In this document: piece after piece, positions 10,897-20,706 of the stretch
Numbering within the stretch: the first letter of the stretch is position 1
How the letters are laid out: each line of letters begins with the position of its first letter
Source of the DNA: an uncultured Acidobacteriota bacterium
GTDB taxonomy: Bacteria; Acidobacteriota; UBA6911
Assembly: GCA_963827655.1 (NCBI GenBank)
Contig: CAWHCF010000045.1
Span: 56,830-120,829 of the forward strand
Direction: 5' to 3'
DNA: 64,000 nt
Made by a program: the position numbers and the translations under genes
The notes under the pieces: generated by a model
What the model was told of the DNA's origin: nothing
Databases searched by the model: none
What the model saw: only the letters and a program-made list of their open reading frames with translations

Positions 10897-12363
10897 TTAA
10901 TTCGCCTCCTTTTCTTCGGCGTCGCGCCGGGCCTTTAGCCCCCGCTTGCCGTCGAGCGCGTCCGCGGAGCTCGATCCGCGCGGCGGAGGCGTATTGACCT
11001 TCGGAAAGTGGCGCGCCAACGCAGCTTTCAACGACGCATACTGGGGTTTCAAGGCCAGGTTAGTCCATTCGAGAGGGTCCTTCGACTCATCGTAGAGCTC
11101 CTCGCCGCCGTCGTGATACCGGATGTAGCGCCACTGTTCCGTTCGAACGGCGTGGTTGTTGAACAGATATGTGGTGAGGGCGGGGCGGTCCCACGCGCTG
11201 TCGGGATCTTTGAGCAGCTTGCGGATGCTCACCCCCTCGACGTGTTTGGGTGTCGGGATGCCGCAAAGATCCATGAGCGTCGGATAAAGGCTCATGAAGT
11301 CGACCGTCCGGCGGCACACCGAACCCGGCTTGGTGAGTCCTGGTACTATCCAGATCAGCGGAGCGCGCGTAGCTTCTTCCCAAAGAGTGAACTTACGCCA
11401 GTGAAGCTTCTCGCCCAGGTGCCAACCGTGGTCTCCGAAGACGACCACGATCGTGTTGTCCTTGTAGGGACTGCGGTCCAGGGCGTCGATCAAACGGCCG
11501 ATGTTCATGTCGGTAAAGGTGATCGTTGCGAGATAGGCCTGCACCGCCTGCTTCCACCGGCCTGACTTGACGATCTCCGCGTGGTCGCCCCCGGGCTCGG
11601 CCATCTGGACGCCGACGGGAGGCACGTCCTCAAGATCGGTTTCGAGTGTCCGAGGAAGCTTGATTTTGTCCAGAGGGTACATGTCGTAGTACTTTCGCGG
11701 AACGTTCCAGGCTAGGTGCGGCTTGTGGACGCCGGCTGCGAGAAAAAACGGTTTGTCGTGCTTTGCCTCGAGCTGGTCGATCGCCCAGCTCACGATCCGG
11801 TAGTCCTGCATATCTTCGTCCTTGCAGTCGAGGGGAGCGAACCACCTGAATGTGCCGGCGCGGTCGTTCGGTCCGGCCGGCTTCGGATCGACGCCTTCAT
11901 CATCGAGGTAGGCGTCCCACTCGCTCCTGCGCCGGAATCTTTCGTGGTAGATCTTCCCGGCCCCGGCGACGAAATAGCCGTTCTTGCGAAACTGCGTCGT
12001 GAGCGTCAGTGACTCCGACACGATGGGTCTCCAGTCGGTGTTGTTATCGTAGACGCCGCTCGTGGAAGGCAGGAGACCGGACATCAGGGCCGTGCGCGAG
12101 GGATTGCATACCGGTGCGGAGCAGTAGCTACGCGTGAAGTGGAGCCCGCGCTGCGCGATTCGGTCGAGATTGGGCGTTTTGACCTGGTCGTTCCGGTCGA
12201 GATAGCGCACCCAGTGGTTCAAGTCGTCGACGGCGATGAATAGGACGTTTGGCCTGGTGGGGAGCGTTGCGCGGGACGTCCTGGGAAGACCGGAAGTGGA
12301 CAGAGAACCGGTCGCCAGCGCGACCAGTGTAAGGGTGCGAACTAAAATGCGCGGCTGTAGCAT
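10897..12363 (-). CDS. Sulfatase (iduronate/choline sulfatase-like)
   Basis: PNVLFIAVDDL, CNPSR (CxPxR), GKIYH, KPH, GDHGWHLGEK. Confidence 0.92.
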   Translation of the reverse strand: MLQPRILVRTLTLVALATGSLSTSGLPRTSRATLPTRPNVLFIAVDDLNHWVRYLDRNDQVKTPNLDRIAQRGLHFTRSYCSAPVCNPSRTALMSGLLPSTSGVYDNNTDWRPIVSESLTLTTQFRKNGYFVAGAGKIYHERFRRRSEWDAYLDDEGVDPKPAGPNDRAGTFRWFAPLDCKDEDMQDYRIVSWAIDQLEAKHDKPFFLAAGVHKPHLAWNVPRKYYDMYPLDKIKLPRTLETDLEDVPPVGVQMAEPGGDHAEIVKSGRWKQAVQAYLATITFTDMNIGRLIDALDRSPYKDNTIVVVFGDHGWHLGEKLHWRKFTLWEEATRAPLIWIVPGLTKPGSVCRRTVDFMSLYPTLMDLCGIPTPKHVEGVSIRKLLKDPDSAWDRPALTTYLFNNHAVRTEQWRYIRYHDGGEELYDESKDPLEWTNLALKPQYASLKAALARHFPKVNTPPPRGSSSADALDGKRGLKARRDAEEKEAN

Positions 12364-12973
12364 CGGAAAACCTCTTGAAGTCGTCTCAAAATCTGCGCCA
12401 TTCGGTTGAAGATCATTCGGGGAAGCTTCTGGGCCGGGCCAGGAGCGTGTGAATCGTGATTTACCCCGCAGCCATATAATAGACGGGAAGCGGCTGTTTC
12501 GCGGCTCCTTTTTCAACGGGTCGACGGATCATTCCTTGAACCCGCCATGAGACAGAGCAACCGCGCGGCTAGGGGGCTGACGGAACTCAAGCCGCCGCTG
12601 TGCGGATCGACTACTGGGCGGAGGCCGACTCGCCTTGTCTCGTACCGGAAGATTGCTGCCCGGATCTCAGTCTCGGCTTCATCATGAGTTCGAAGGGACT
12701 TGTCAACGGCGAGTGCCTCTCGACCCGCTCGACTTCTTGGTGTGCGTGCTATCTTAGAACTGTCCTCTAACTTGATCGGACGTGATCTCGTGGAGCAATT
12801 GTGGACATCTCGAAATAGTACGAAGAACCTGCCTGCGCTCCGAGATATTGGTCAAATGTCCGCTCACGGACGATACTCTAATGATCGCAAAGAAGCATCG
12901 AAGGTCTGAGGCCGGGCTGCCGAATCGTTCTAGAAAGTTTTTGCATCATGCTAGTCTACTCCAGGCGCGAGGG

Positions 12974-13087
12974 GCCCAACAAAGCGTTGAAGCTGACGGG
13001 CGCCTCGCGGAGCCGCCCGCGCCAGGATGGAGCGGACGCCGTGTGCATTCGCGCACCGGCGCCCGCAGCTTAACGCGTTGGTTGGCT
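12974..13087 (+). other. Integron attC-like recombination site
   Basis: R'' GCCCAAC, 5 bp, L'' GTTGAAGC ... L' GCTTAAC, 6 bp, R' GTTGGCT, with an imperfect palindrome between; lies upstream of a cassette-type VOC gene. Confidence 0.7.
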
Positions 13088-13161
13088 TGGACCGCGAGAG
13101 GCTGTTCACCGGCAACTAGAGGAAGAACGCTCTGAATCTCCGCACACCAAAGGAGCAAAGC

Positions 13162-13533
13162 ATGGAACTCGGCGCTTTTTCAATCAGCTTGGCTGTCAAG
13201 AACCTTGAAGCTTCGAGAAAATTCTATGAGAAGTTCGGTTTCAAGGTCTTCGCTGGAGACGCTTCACAGAACTGGCTGATCCTGAAGAATGGTGATCACG
13301 TCATCGGCCTTTTTCAGGGCATGTTCGACAAGAACATACTAACCTTCAACCCTGGATGGGACAGCAATGCCCAAAAACGAGCTGCTTTCACAGACGTGCG
13401 CGAACTGCAGCGACAGCTCAAGGCGCAAGGCGTGCAGATGGTGAGCGAGGCAGACGAAAGCACGACGGGCCCAGCCAGCTTTATGGCTGTGGACCCCGAC
13501 GGAAATCCCATTCTCGTCGATCAACACGTCTGA
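13162..13533 (+). CDS. VOC (glyoxalase-like) family protein
   Basis: MELGAFSISLAVKNLEASRKFYEKFGF ... DPDGNPILVDQHV; AAGGAG RBS. Confidence 0.9.
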   Translation: MELGAFSISLAVKNLEASRKFYEKFGFKVFAGDASQNWLILKNGDHVIGLFQGMFDKNILTFNPGWDSNAQKRAAFTDVRELQRQLKAQGVQMVSEADESTTGPASFMAVDPDGNPILVDQHV

Positions 13534-13827
13534 GTTGGAGGCGCGGCGTCAGGATTCGTCGGGTATGGAGTTGAAGCCGAACCAGCTGCGCTTGACCGGG
13601 CGCCGCCCTGCTGGCTTCGTGTGGCATCACGCTGTCGCAGGCGGCCCCGGCACCAATCCAGGTAAGGGAGTCGACTATATGCGTTTCTCGATCAGACTTC
13701 ACGGTGAAGTGATTTGTTCGCAACTCATCAACGGCGGAAACGAGACCCAGACTTAATGGTTTTCTAACCCAAACGTCACACGAGTGGCAACCTTAAGAGG
13801 TTGGACTCATTCGACAAGAGGTTCACC

Positions 13828-14253
13828 ATGCAAATCAACCCGTATCTGAGCTTCAAAGGAGAGTGCGAGGCGGCGTTCAAGTTCTATGAACAGTGTCTCG
13901 GCGGCCAACTTGGGGCGATCTTCCGTTACGGCGGGTCGCCCCTTGCGGGTCAGGTTCCGGCCGACTGGTCGGACAAGGTCATGCACGGCAACCTGACACT
14001 CGGCGACCAGGTGCTGATGGGTGGCGACGTAGCGCCGGATCGCTATGAGGAACCCAAGGGCTTCTCGCTCTCGATTCAGATCAAGAGCACGGCTGACGCC
14101 GAGCGTATCTTTCGCGAACTGGGTAAGGACGGTAGGGTTGTAGTGCCGCTCGAGAAAACGTTCTGGGCAGCGCGTTTTGGCATGGTCGTCGATCGCTTCG
14201 GCATACCGTGGCTGATCAACTGCGAGGAATCCGATCAGCCTCCGGTAGAGTGA
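13828..14253 (+). CDS. VOC/PhnB-like protein
   Basis: MQINPYLSFKGECEAAFKFY; TFWAARFGMVVDRFGIPW. Confidence 0.9.
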   Translation: MQINPYLSFKGECEAAFKFYEQCLGGQLGAIFRYGGSPLAGQVPADWSDKVMHGNLTLGDQVLMGGDVAPDRYEEPKGFSLSIQIKSTADAERIFRELGKDGRVVVPLEKTFWAARFGMVVDRFGIPWLINCEESDQPPVE

Positions 14254-14295
14254 CGCGGTTATCACTAAAGGCCCGGAACTCGTGCGCGCTCAGTC

Positions 14296-14508
14296 GTGAA
14301 GCAACTGCAAGGTCCGAGTGTCCCGTTGCCCAGCAAGAAGAACGTAATGGCCATCCTCAGAGACTTCCTCGAGACCGGGAAGATTACGCCGATCATCGAC
14401 AGTACCTATCCGCTCGCTGAGACCCGCGAGGCTCTACGGCACATGATTGAGGATGAACTCCGGGGAAAGGTCGTCATCATTGCGCCCGCGGCTCAGTCCG
14501 AACATTAG
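14296..14508 (+). pseudogene. C-terminal fragment of an NAD(P)-dependent (MDR) oxidoreductase
   Basis: GKITPIIDSTYPLAETREALRH...RGKVVI; N-terminus absent. Confidence 0.65.
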
Positions 14509-14819
14509 CCGGACCTCCATTTCGCCATTTAGCATGTCTCGGTTTGATAAAACCTTGCCGAACGCTCGGTTCGTGACGGCGATAAAGGAGTACCGCCATC
14601 TCCACGCTGACCCAGCGGATGCTGGCTCAAGCACGGGTTGCCAAGGGCAAACGGATTTCGGATTCGATAGCGAATTGTTGCAGATCGACTTTCTCTCCGC
14701 CGGCCTTTCGTTGCCTTGCGCTCGAGATAGAATGCCCTGCAGATCCTGAACACGATTGTGATTCCGGAAGAAAGTAACGATCGTTTATACTCCGCTCCTT
14801 CGTGACAAGGAGAGATTCG

Positions 14820-15518
14820 ATGCAAGACTCCGCGCGGCAGCGCGAAAAGCGCCGCGTCTATCGTTACTACGACTTTATGATGGCGGGGTTTGTTACGATT
14901 CTGCTTTGCTCCTCGCTCATCGGAGTGCAGAAGGTCTCCACGATCGCAGGCTTCACCTTCGGTGCTGGAGTTCTTTTCTTTCCGATCAGTTATGTGTTCG
15001 GGGACATCCTGACAGAGGTGTACGGCTATGCCCGGTCTCGCAGAGTGATCTGGGCTGGATTTGCCGCCCTGATCTTCGCTTCATTCATGAGTTGGGTCAT
15101 TGTGAAACTGCCCCCGAAGCCCGGCTGGCCCCTGCAGGAGACTTACGAAACCATCTTCGGTCAGACTCCGCGAATTGTATTCGCGTCCCTGGCGGCTTTC
15201 TGGTCGGGCGAATTCGTCAACTCATTCGTGCTCGCCAAGATGAAGATTTGGAGCGGAGGCCGCTGGCTCTGGACTCGGACCATCGGCTCCACAATAGTTG
15301 GGGAGGGGGTGGATTCGCTGGTCTTCTATCCCCTCGCTTTCTTGGGAATCTGGCCGCTCGCCGATGTGTTTCAGGTCATGTTCAGCAACTACCTTGTCAA
15401 GGTGGGCTGGGAAGTCCTGGCGACTCCGGTGACCTACAGGGTCGTGAATTTCTTGAAAAGGGCAGAGCACGAGGACTATTACGACCGGACGACGGATTTC
15501 AACCCCTTTGCGCTCTGA
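14820..15518 (+). CDS. Queuosine precursor transporter (YhhQ/VUT family)
   Basis: FFPISYVFGDILTEVYGY, RTIGSTIVGEGVDS; multi-pass membrane protein. Confidence 0.88.
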   Translation: MQDSARQREKRRVYRYYDFMMAGFVTILLCSSLIGVQKVSTIAGFTFGAGVLFFPISYVFGDILTEVYGYARSRRVIWAGFAALIFASFMSWVIVKLPPKPGWPLQETYETIFGQTPRIVFASLAAFWSGEFVNSFVLAKMKIWSGGRWLWTRTIGSTIVGEGVDSLVFYPLAFLGIWPLADVFQVMFSNYLVKVGWEVLATPVTYRVVNFLKRAEHEDYYDRTTDFNPFAL

Positions 15519-15539
15519 GCATGCACTCAGAAACAGAAT

Positions 15540-15629
15540 TTCTTGAATGCCCTCGGACGCGACGTCGAGATCGTCATTCGGCGTCCCCGTTCTCGGCGGA
15601 CGCCTTGCATCCATGTGACTGCCGCTTGA
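15540..15629 (+). pseudogene. C-terminal remnant of an XRE/HTH antitoxin-like protein
   Basis: FLNALGRDVEIVIRRPRSRR...VTAA*. Confidence 0.5.
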
Positions 15630-15693
15630 ACTGTCCCTGCGCCGCGGGTTCAAGCGTGCGACAGCGAGAACGGGGGTGTGTCGAAACATGGCT

Positions 15694-16341
15694 CTATGAG
15701 GACCGTCGTTTCATTCTGCGCAGATAGCGCTCCTTCCTTCGTTTCTTGACTTGGTCCTTCTCGTGGGGATCCGCCGCCCGGCACTCGTCAGGTCGTGCCG
15801 CAGATTTCTCAAGCTCGGCGATCTCCATGCGCTGGTCGCCAAAGACTTCGAGCCAGTGCTCAGTCCCACTCTGGTTAGGCTTCGGCTTTTCGGGATCATC
15901 GTTTACTCGCTCACCGCCCTGCCGGAGAGGTGAGAACTCCATGATCCACTTCTCGGGATCAATGACCCGGGCCCCCAGCTTCTTGGCTTCCCACCCGAGG
16001 TCTCGGTCCGCCGTTATCACGGCGACGTGGCTTGTGACTGCTCGGGATTTCAAAGCAGTCAGAATGGCAAGGTCCGCATTCTGCGGTGGAATGGAAAACC
16101 GAACGTCAATTCCAGGGGGCGATGGCCCGGAATGCCGTATCCCGGTAGCTCCGTCGAAGATGACGATGACATGGGTGCTGGCCAGGAGCCCCGACGAATG
16201 GATACGATTGAGCAGTGCATTTCTCCCGGCTTCCAAGTCGTTCTGTTGTTCCACGCTCCGAAGCTCTTGCACCCGGCGAATGACGTTGTAGCCATCGACG
16301 ATGCAGGTGACACGTTCGGCGGACTTCCTGGATTTCATCAT
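15694..16341 (-). CDS. NYN/YacP-like PIN-fold ribonuclease domain protein
   Basis: IVDGYNVI, VIFDG, NADLAI, VITADRDL. Confidence 0.8.
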   Translation of the reverse strand: MMKSRKSAERVTCIVDGYNVIRRVQELRSVEQQNDLEAGRNALLNRIHSSGLLASTHVIVIFDGATGIRHSGPSPPGIDVRFSIPPQNADLAILTALKSRAVTSHVAVITADRDLGWEAKKLGARVIDPEKWIMEFSPLRQGGERVNDDPEKPKPNQSGTEHWLEVFGDQRMEIAELEKSAARPDECRAADPHEKDQVKKRRKERYLRRMKRRSS

Positions 16342-16538
16342 CGAGATTCTGAGTTCAGAGAATGAAAGCTATGCCCGGCTTGAATCGGTAAAGCGGAACG
16401 TTGTCGGGAACGATTCAGGATCAGGAGTTGCTGCTTGACCAGAACAGACTCGGCGACCACAGAGTGGGCGCCGGCGGGACCTGCGAGTCGGGAGATCGTC
16501 GTAATGAGATGGATGAAGAGTACTGCCAGATCACGCAT
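16338..16538 (-). mobile_element. N-terminal remnant of an integrase-core (rve) transposase
   Basis: SVVAESVLVKQQLLILNRSRQRS, a typical N-terminus of this family; truncated. Confidence 0.6.
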
Positions 16539-16989
16539 GACAGGGCATCATAACAAGATCGCCAAATCCAAGAAATGGCCCGCAATTAGCAATTCCCCAT
16601 CGACACGCTCGACGTGCTACTCGCGCCAACGGACGAGGACGGGGACAATCGAGATTCGAGCCTGAAGGCAGAGGTGTGCCAAGATTTCTTGTCTCAGAGC
16701 ATCCGGTTGACCTAAGATGGCAGTCGCCGGCGCGGCCCGGGAACTTCCAGGGGCGTCGAGTTGACGTAAGCCCCATTCTCCGAACTTGACTGACCGCGCC
16801 TTGAGCTGAAAATGACTCTTTGTTCCGCCTGTCCGCAGAGCCGGGAAGAAAGACGAAGCAGGACGAAAGACACCCGACGATCGTCGAACCAAAAAAATAA
16901 AATTGAGCTGATGACGTATATTTGGCGGCTACACATTTGGTGTCGGCGGCGCGCTGCGGCGTTTGGGGGCCCGTCCCCGGAGACCAAGA

Positions 16990-18537
16990 ATGGCACATCG
17001 GTTTAATGTGTTCCTCGCGAATCCGGCGCCCGCGGCCGAGCGTATCGGGTTTTCGTTTATAACGCCGCGCGCGTTGCCCGTCCTCGCGGCCGTCACCCAG
17101 GGCGACTATCTGGACCGTCTCCGGGTCGTGGATCAGGCGATCGATGATTTTCCGTTTGATGACGTCCGGCCAGGCGATTTAGTTGGTATCAGTATCCACA
17201 CCTTCAATGCGATTCACGGATACGCGCTTGCGCGCGAAGCCAAAAAGCGAGGTGCCGCGGTCGTCTTTGGCGGTCCCCACGCCTCGATCTTCCCGGAAGA
17301 AGCATTAGGGAACGGCGATGCCGTCGTGACCGGCGACGGCGAGATCGCTTGGATCGACCTGCTCGCCGATTACGCGGCGGGTCGAATGCAGCGAACATAC
17401 AGCGGCGGACGAATCCCCGGCGAAAGCTTCGTGCCGGCGCGATGGGATCTGATGCCGCTGAATCGATATCTCGTCGCGTCGATTCAGACGGTACGCGGCT
17501 GCCCGAAGTCGTGCTCCTTCTGCTCCGTGTGGGTCCAGGACGGCCGGATTCCCCGCGTGCGTGCGACTGACGCCATCCTTCAAGAAGTGCAGTATCTCTA
17601 TCGCGCAGGCTTTCGCCTCGTGATGTTCGCGGACGACAACTTCTACCCGTACACCCTCGAAGACATCGGGCAGCGGCGGTCTCCCGAGCTGAGCCAGCGC
17701 GCCAAGACCGGCCGCGAAGAGCGGCTCCAGCTTCTCAATCGGCTCGCCCGCGAGGTGCCGCGCGACATGCATTTTTGCACCCAAATCACGATGGAGGTGG
17801 CCGACGATCCGGAATTTCTCGCCGCGATGAAGCGCGCGCGCATTGTGGGGGCGCTGGTTGGTATCGAAACGATCACGGAGGAGGGGCTCAAAGCGACCCG
17901 CAAGCTGTTCAATTCGAGCGGCGCAGCGCTTGAGGAGAAGCTCGAAACAATCCGGCAGAAAGGGTTCCCCTACATCTTCGGCTCCTTCATCTTCGGCATT
18001 GAGTCAGACACCACCGAAACATTGGACCAGACCATCCGGTTCTCTCGGAACTGCGGCATCGCACTTGCTCAGTTCATTCCTATGACGCCCCTTCCCGGTA
18101 CGGTCGACTTTCATCAGATGCGGAAAGGCAAGAACGCGCTCAAGCTGTTGAAGCCCGACTACGACTACTGGCTCGATCCAAATCACCCGCGCGTGCTATA
18201 TCAGCATCCGCGCATGGCGGCCGATCAGATCCTGAACGGCATCGAGCGGGCCTGGAAAGAGTTCTACAGCTGGTCGTCGATTACCAGGCGCGCGAAGCGA
18301 ATCGGCCTGGTGGCGCAGCCGAAGAAGTTTCTCGCCTACCTTGTCATCTGCCGCGGCCTGCTCACACGGTACAAACGCTACGGGCTCTCGGCCGAAAGCG
18401 CCGTGCACGGCACCAACCGCAAGCTGGCGACGATACTGGGCAGGGTTGCGCTCGCGTTGATGAAGCGCAAACCGGCGACTGCGTTCGCTAACGAGCAAGA
18501 CGCGGTACGAGTGCTCGCATCCGGAGGAGGAGTGTAA
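16990..18537 (+). CDS. B12-binding radical SAM protein
   Basis: FGGPHAS; RGCPKSCSFC (CxxxCxxC); ADDNF. Confidence 0.9.
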   Translation: MAHRFNVFLANPAPAAERIGFSFITPRALPVLAAVTQGDYLDRLRVVDQAIDDFPFDDVRPGDLVGISIHTFNAIHGYALAREAKKRGAAVVFGGPHASIFPEEALGNGDAVVTGDGEIAWIDLLADYAAGRMQRTYSGGRIPGESFVPARWDLMPLNRYLVASIQTVRGCPKSCSFCSVWVQDGRIPRVRATDAILQEVQYLYRAGFRLVMFADDNFYPYTLEDIGQRRSPELSQRAKTGREERLQLLNRLAREVPRDMHFCTQITMEVADDPEFLAAMKRARIVGALVGIETITEEGLKATRKLFNSSGAALEEKLETIRQKGFPYIFGSFIFGIESDTTETLDQTIRFSRNCGIALAQFIPMTPLPGTVDFHQMRKGKNALKLLKPDYDYWLDPNHPRVLYQHPRMAADQILNGIERAWKEFYSWSSITRRAKRIGLVAQPKKFLAYLVICRGLLTRYKRYGLSAESAVHGTNRKLATILGRVALALMKRKPATAFANEQDAVRVLASGGGV

Positions 18538-18728
18538 TGATGCCCGCTACGGTGGATCTACCCGCCAGCAGTCAGTCGACGACCGTGCAGCAGCCCGTCA
18601 GGCTGCGCACGATCATGTCGACGTGGGGACAGCTGCTGAACGGCTACAGTCCGCTGCTGTCGATTGAAATCACCCGGGAGTGTCCGTCGCATTGCTGCTA
18701 CGCGTACGACGACAGGAGGTTGTCATGA
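18537..18728 (+). pseudogene. Truncated N-terminus of a second radical SAM protein
   Basis: PLLSIEITRECP..CCYAY with a collapsed Cys motif; coupled to the upstream gene by TAATG. Confidence 0.55.
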
Positions 18729-19147
18729 CCGACGGCAAGACCTATGTCGAGATCTCCAAGTTCTCGGTCAAGGAGATCTTCGACGACAAGCACAAGAGCC
18801 GTGTCATCGACCTGATGACCACTGCCGCCGAGGCAGCGGTGAAGAAGTCGGGCAAGCTATCGCTCGACAAACCGAAAGACAAGGGTGCCAAGGGCTGGAA
18901 CGTGGTCGGCAGCCTGGTCAGCCTGGGCCCGTCGAAGGACTGCAAGAAGTTCGGCGCCAAGGTGTCGCTCGCGGTAGCCACCTGGCCCGGCCAGTCGATC
19001 AAGGCAATGCCCAGCGGCGAAGCCGCGTTCGCCTCGGAACCGGGCGGCAAGATCTCGGCCAGCGATGTCGATGAGGTCGCCAAGAGCGCCGTCGCCCAGG
19101 CGATGCAGAGTGCGGTGAAGTTCATGGAGAGCAAGAAGCCCGAATAG
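18725..19147 (+). CDS. Hypothetical Lys/Ala-rich protein
   Basis: AGGAGG RBS; strong GC3 codon bias. Confidence 0.7.
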   Translation: MTDGKTYVEISKFSVKEIFDDKHKSRVIDLMTTAAEAAVKKSGKLSLDKPKDKGAKGWNVVGSLVSLGPSKDCKKFGAKVSLAVATWPGQSIKAMPSGEAAFASEPGGKISASDVDEVAKSAVAQAMQSAVKFMESKKPE

Positions 19148-19337
19148 CCGGGCGACGCGCTCACCCGCTCCGGCATGGCTTGATCGTTCAGACATACGGA
19201 CATTTTCCAGCAGCAATACCATCCGGCCCGCGCTTGCTTACGGTGGAATTTATGGAACGTGTCCATCACTGCGTCCAAACGCGGAAGTTGGGGACCTCCG
19301 GGTCACGGACGAGAAGACGCCGGGCGCGTACTTGACG

Positions 19338-20228
19338 TCAGTTGAGCGATTGGCTCCGCTTCTTCAGAATTGCGTCGACAAAGTCGAACACGGCTTTCGT
19401 CGGTTTGTCCTCGGGAAGCCCCAGATCCGAGTCGAGCGTGTTGTGGGTCTTCCCTTCGGCCGCAACTACCTGCACCGGCACGCCCGCAACCTGAAGGGCG
19501 TTCGCGAGGACCAGAGCCTGGATGGCCGTTCCGCTCTCCGGATGGCCGCCGATGTGCAGGATCAGGAACGGCGGAATGCCTTTGTCTTTCGCGACGTAGA
19601 GCACGGATGACAGCTCGCGATCGCTCCCTTCGGGGAACTTCGTGCGATAGCTGGACGGACGCTTCGCGCCGGGACGAGCGTCGACCGTATCGATCTGCAA
19701 TGCCGGATAGAACGTATCGGCGTCGACCGGGACACAGCCTTTGATGTTGGCCAGGGAGAGGCCCTCGGCCTTGACGTACCGATCGTCGGTGCAAATCAGG
19801 GCGGCCAGCTGCGCGCCGGCAGACCACCCCATCACAAAGATCGTCTCCGGATCACCGCCGTACTGCCTGGCATGATCGTGAACCCAGCGGATTGACCTGG
19901 CAACGTCTCCCGCAATCTGCTGCATGGTGACGTGAGGAATGAAACGGTAGTTGGTCGTCGCGAAGACGAAGCCCTTCTCCACGAATGCCTGCGGTTTCGT
20001 GTTCATTTCGCTCTTGTCGCCTCTTTGCCAGCCACCGCCGTGGATCCAGAAGATCACCGGCCGATTCTTTCCCTCCGCAGGCGCGTACACGTCGAGCGTC
20101 TGGCGCGCGTTCTTTGGTTCGGCATAGGCGATATCGCGATGGACCTGCTGGCCGGCGACGCGCCCGGCCTGGGAATGGTTTGCCAGGGCGGTTACGCCGA
20201 GAACCAGGAGCATGACGGCTGTTTTCAT
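19338..20228 (-). CDS. Secreted alpha/beta hydrolase (carboxylesterase-like)
   Basis: HGGGW, GWSAG nucleophile elbow, signal peptide. Confidence 0.9.
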   Translation of the reverse strand: MKTAVMLLVLGVTALANHSQAGRVAGQQVHRDIAYAEPKNARQTLDVYAPAEGKNRPVIFWIHGGGWQRGDKSEMNTKPQAFVEKGFVFATTNYRFIPHVTMQQIAGDVARSIRWVHDHARQYGGDPETIFVMGWSAGAQLAALICTDDRYVKAEGLSLANIKGCVPVDADTFYPALQIDTVDARPGAKRPSSYRTKFPEGSDRELSSVLYVAKDKGIPPFLILHIGGHPESGTAIQALVLANALQVAGVPVQVVAAEGKTHNTLDSDLGLPEDKPTKAVFDFVDAILKKRSQSLN

Positions 20229-20706
20229 CGTGTTGACTCCCTAAAGTGTCGGTTGACGGCGGCCTTGGTCAGAACCACAACTGCAGCGAAACCCGCACAA
20301 GCCGTTCGGTAAAGCATGGATTCATGCCGGCCGTTCGTGATTCTCTTGGTTGATTGCCTCCTTCGGCGTGTCGGTCATGGTTGTTCGTGTCGATTTCTCG
20401 CTTTCGAGGCGCATAGTAAGACTCTGCGCGTACAGCCTCCCTCGGGATTTATGTCAGCTTCGAGCTGTGGACTTTTCCCCTCTGCCGAACTTCAACTCGC
20501 CGGCCCCGGGATTGTAATCCCAAGCGACGTTGCAGGCGACCGGATTTTCACACACTTCCGACGAAGGGTAAGACGATGGGATGTAGAAGCCACCAGCCTG
20601 GATTCGCAAGGCCGCAAGTTCGACGACGCCTTTTGCGCAAGGGGATCTTTACGGGCCGGTGCACGAGTTGCGGCCGGAGGCTTCCGCGCCGGTAGTTGCC
20701 GCTGAA

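Noticed and set aside
14640-14820. preQ1 riboswitch upstream of the queuosine precursor transporter
   Set aside because: No recognisable preQ1 stem-loop with an A-rich tail; an Rfam scan would be needed.
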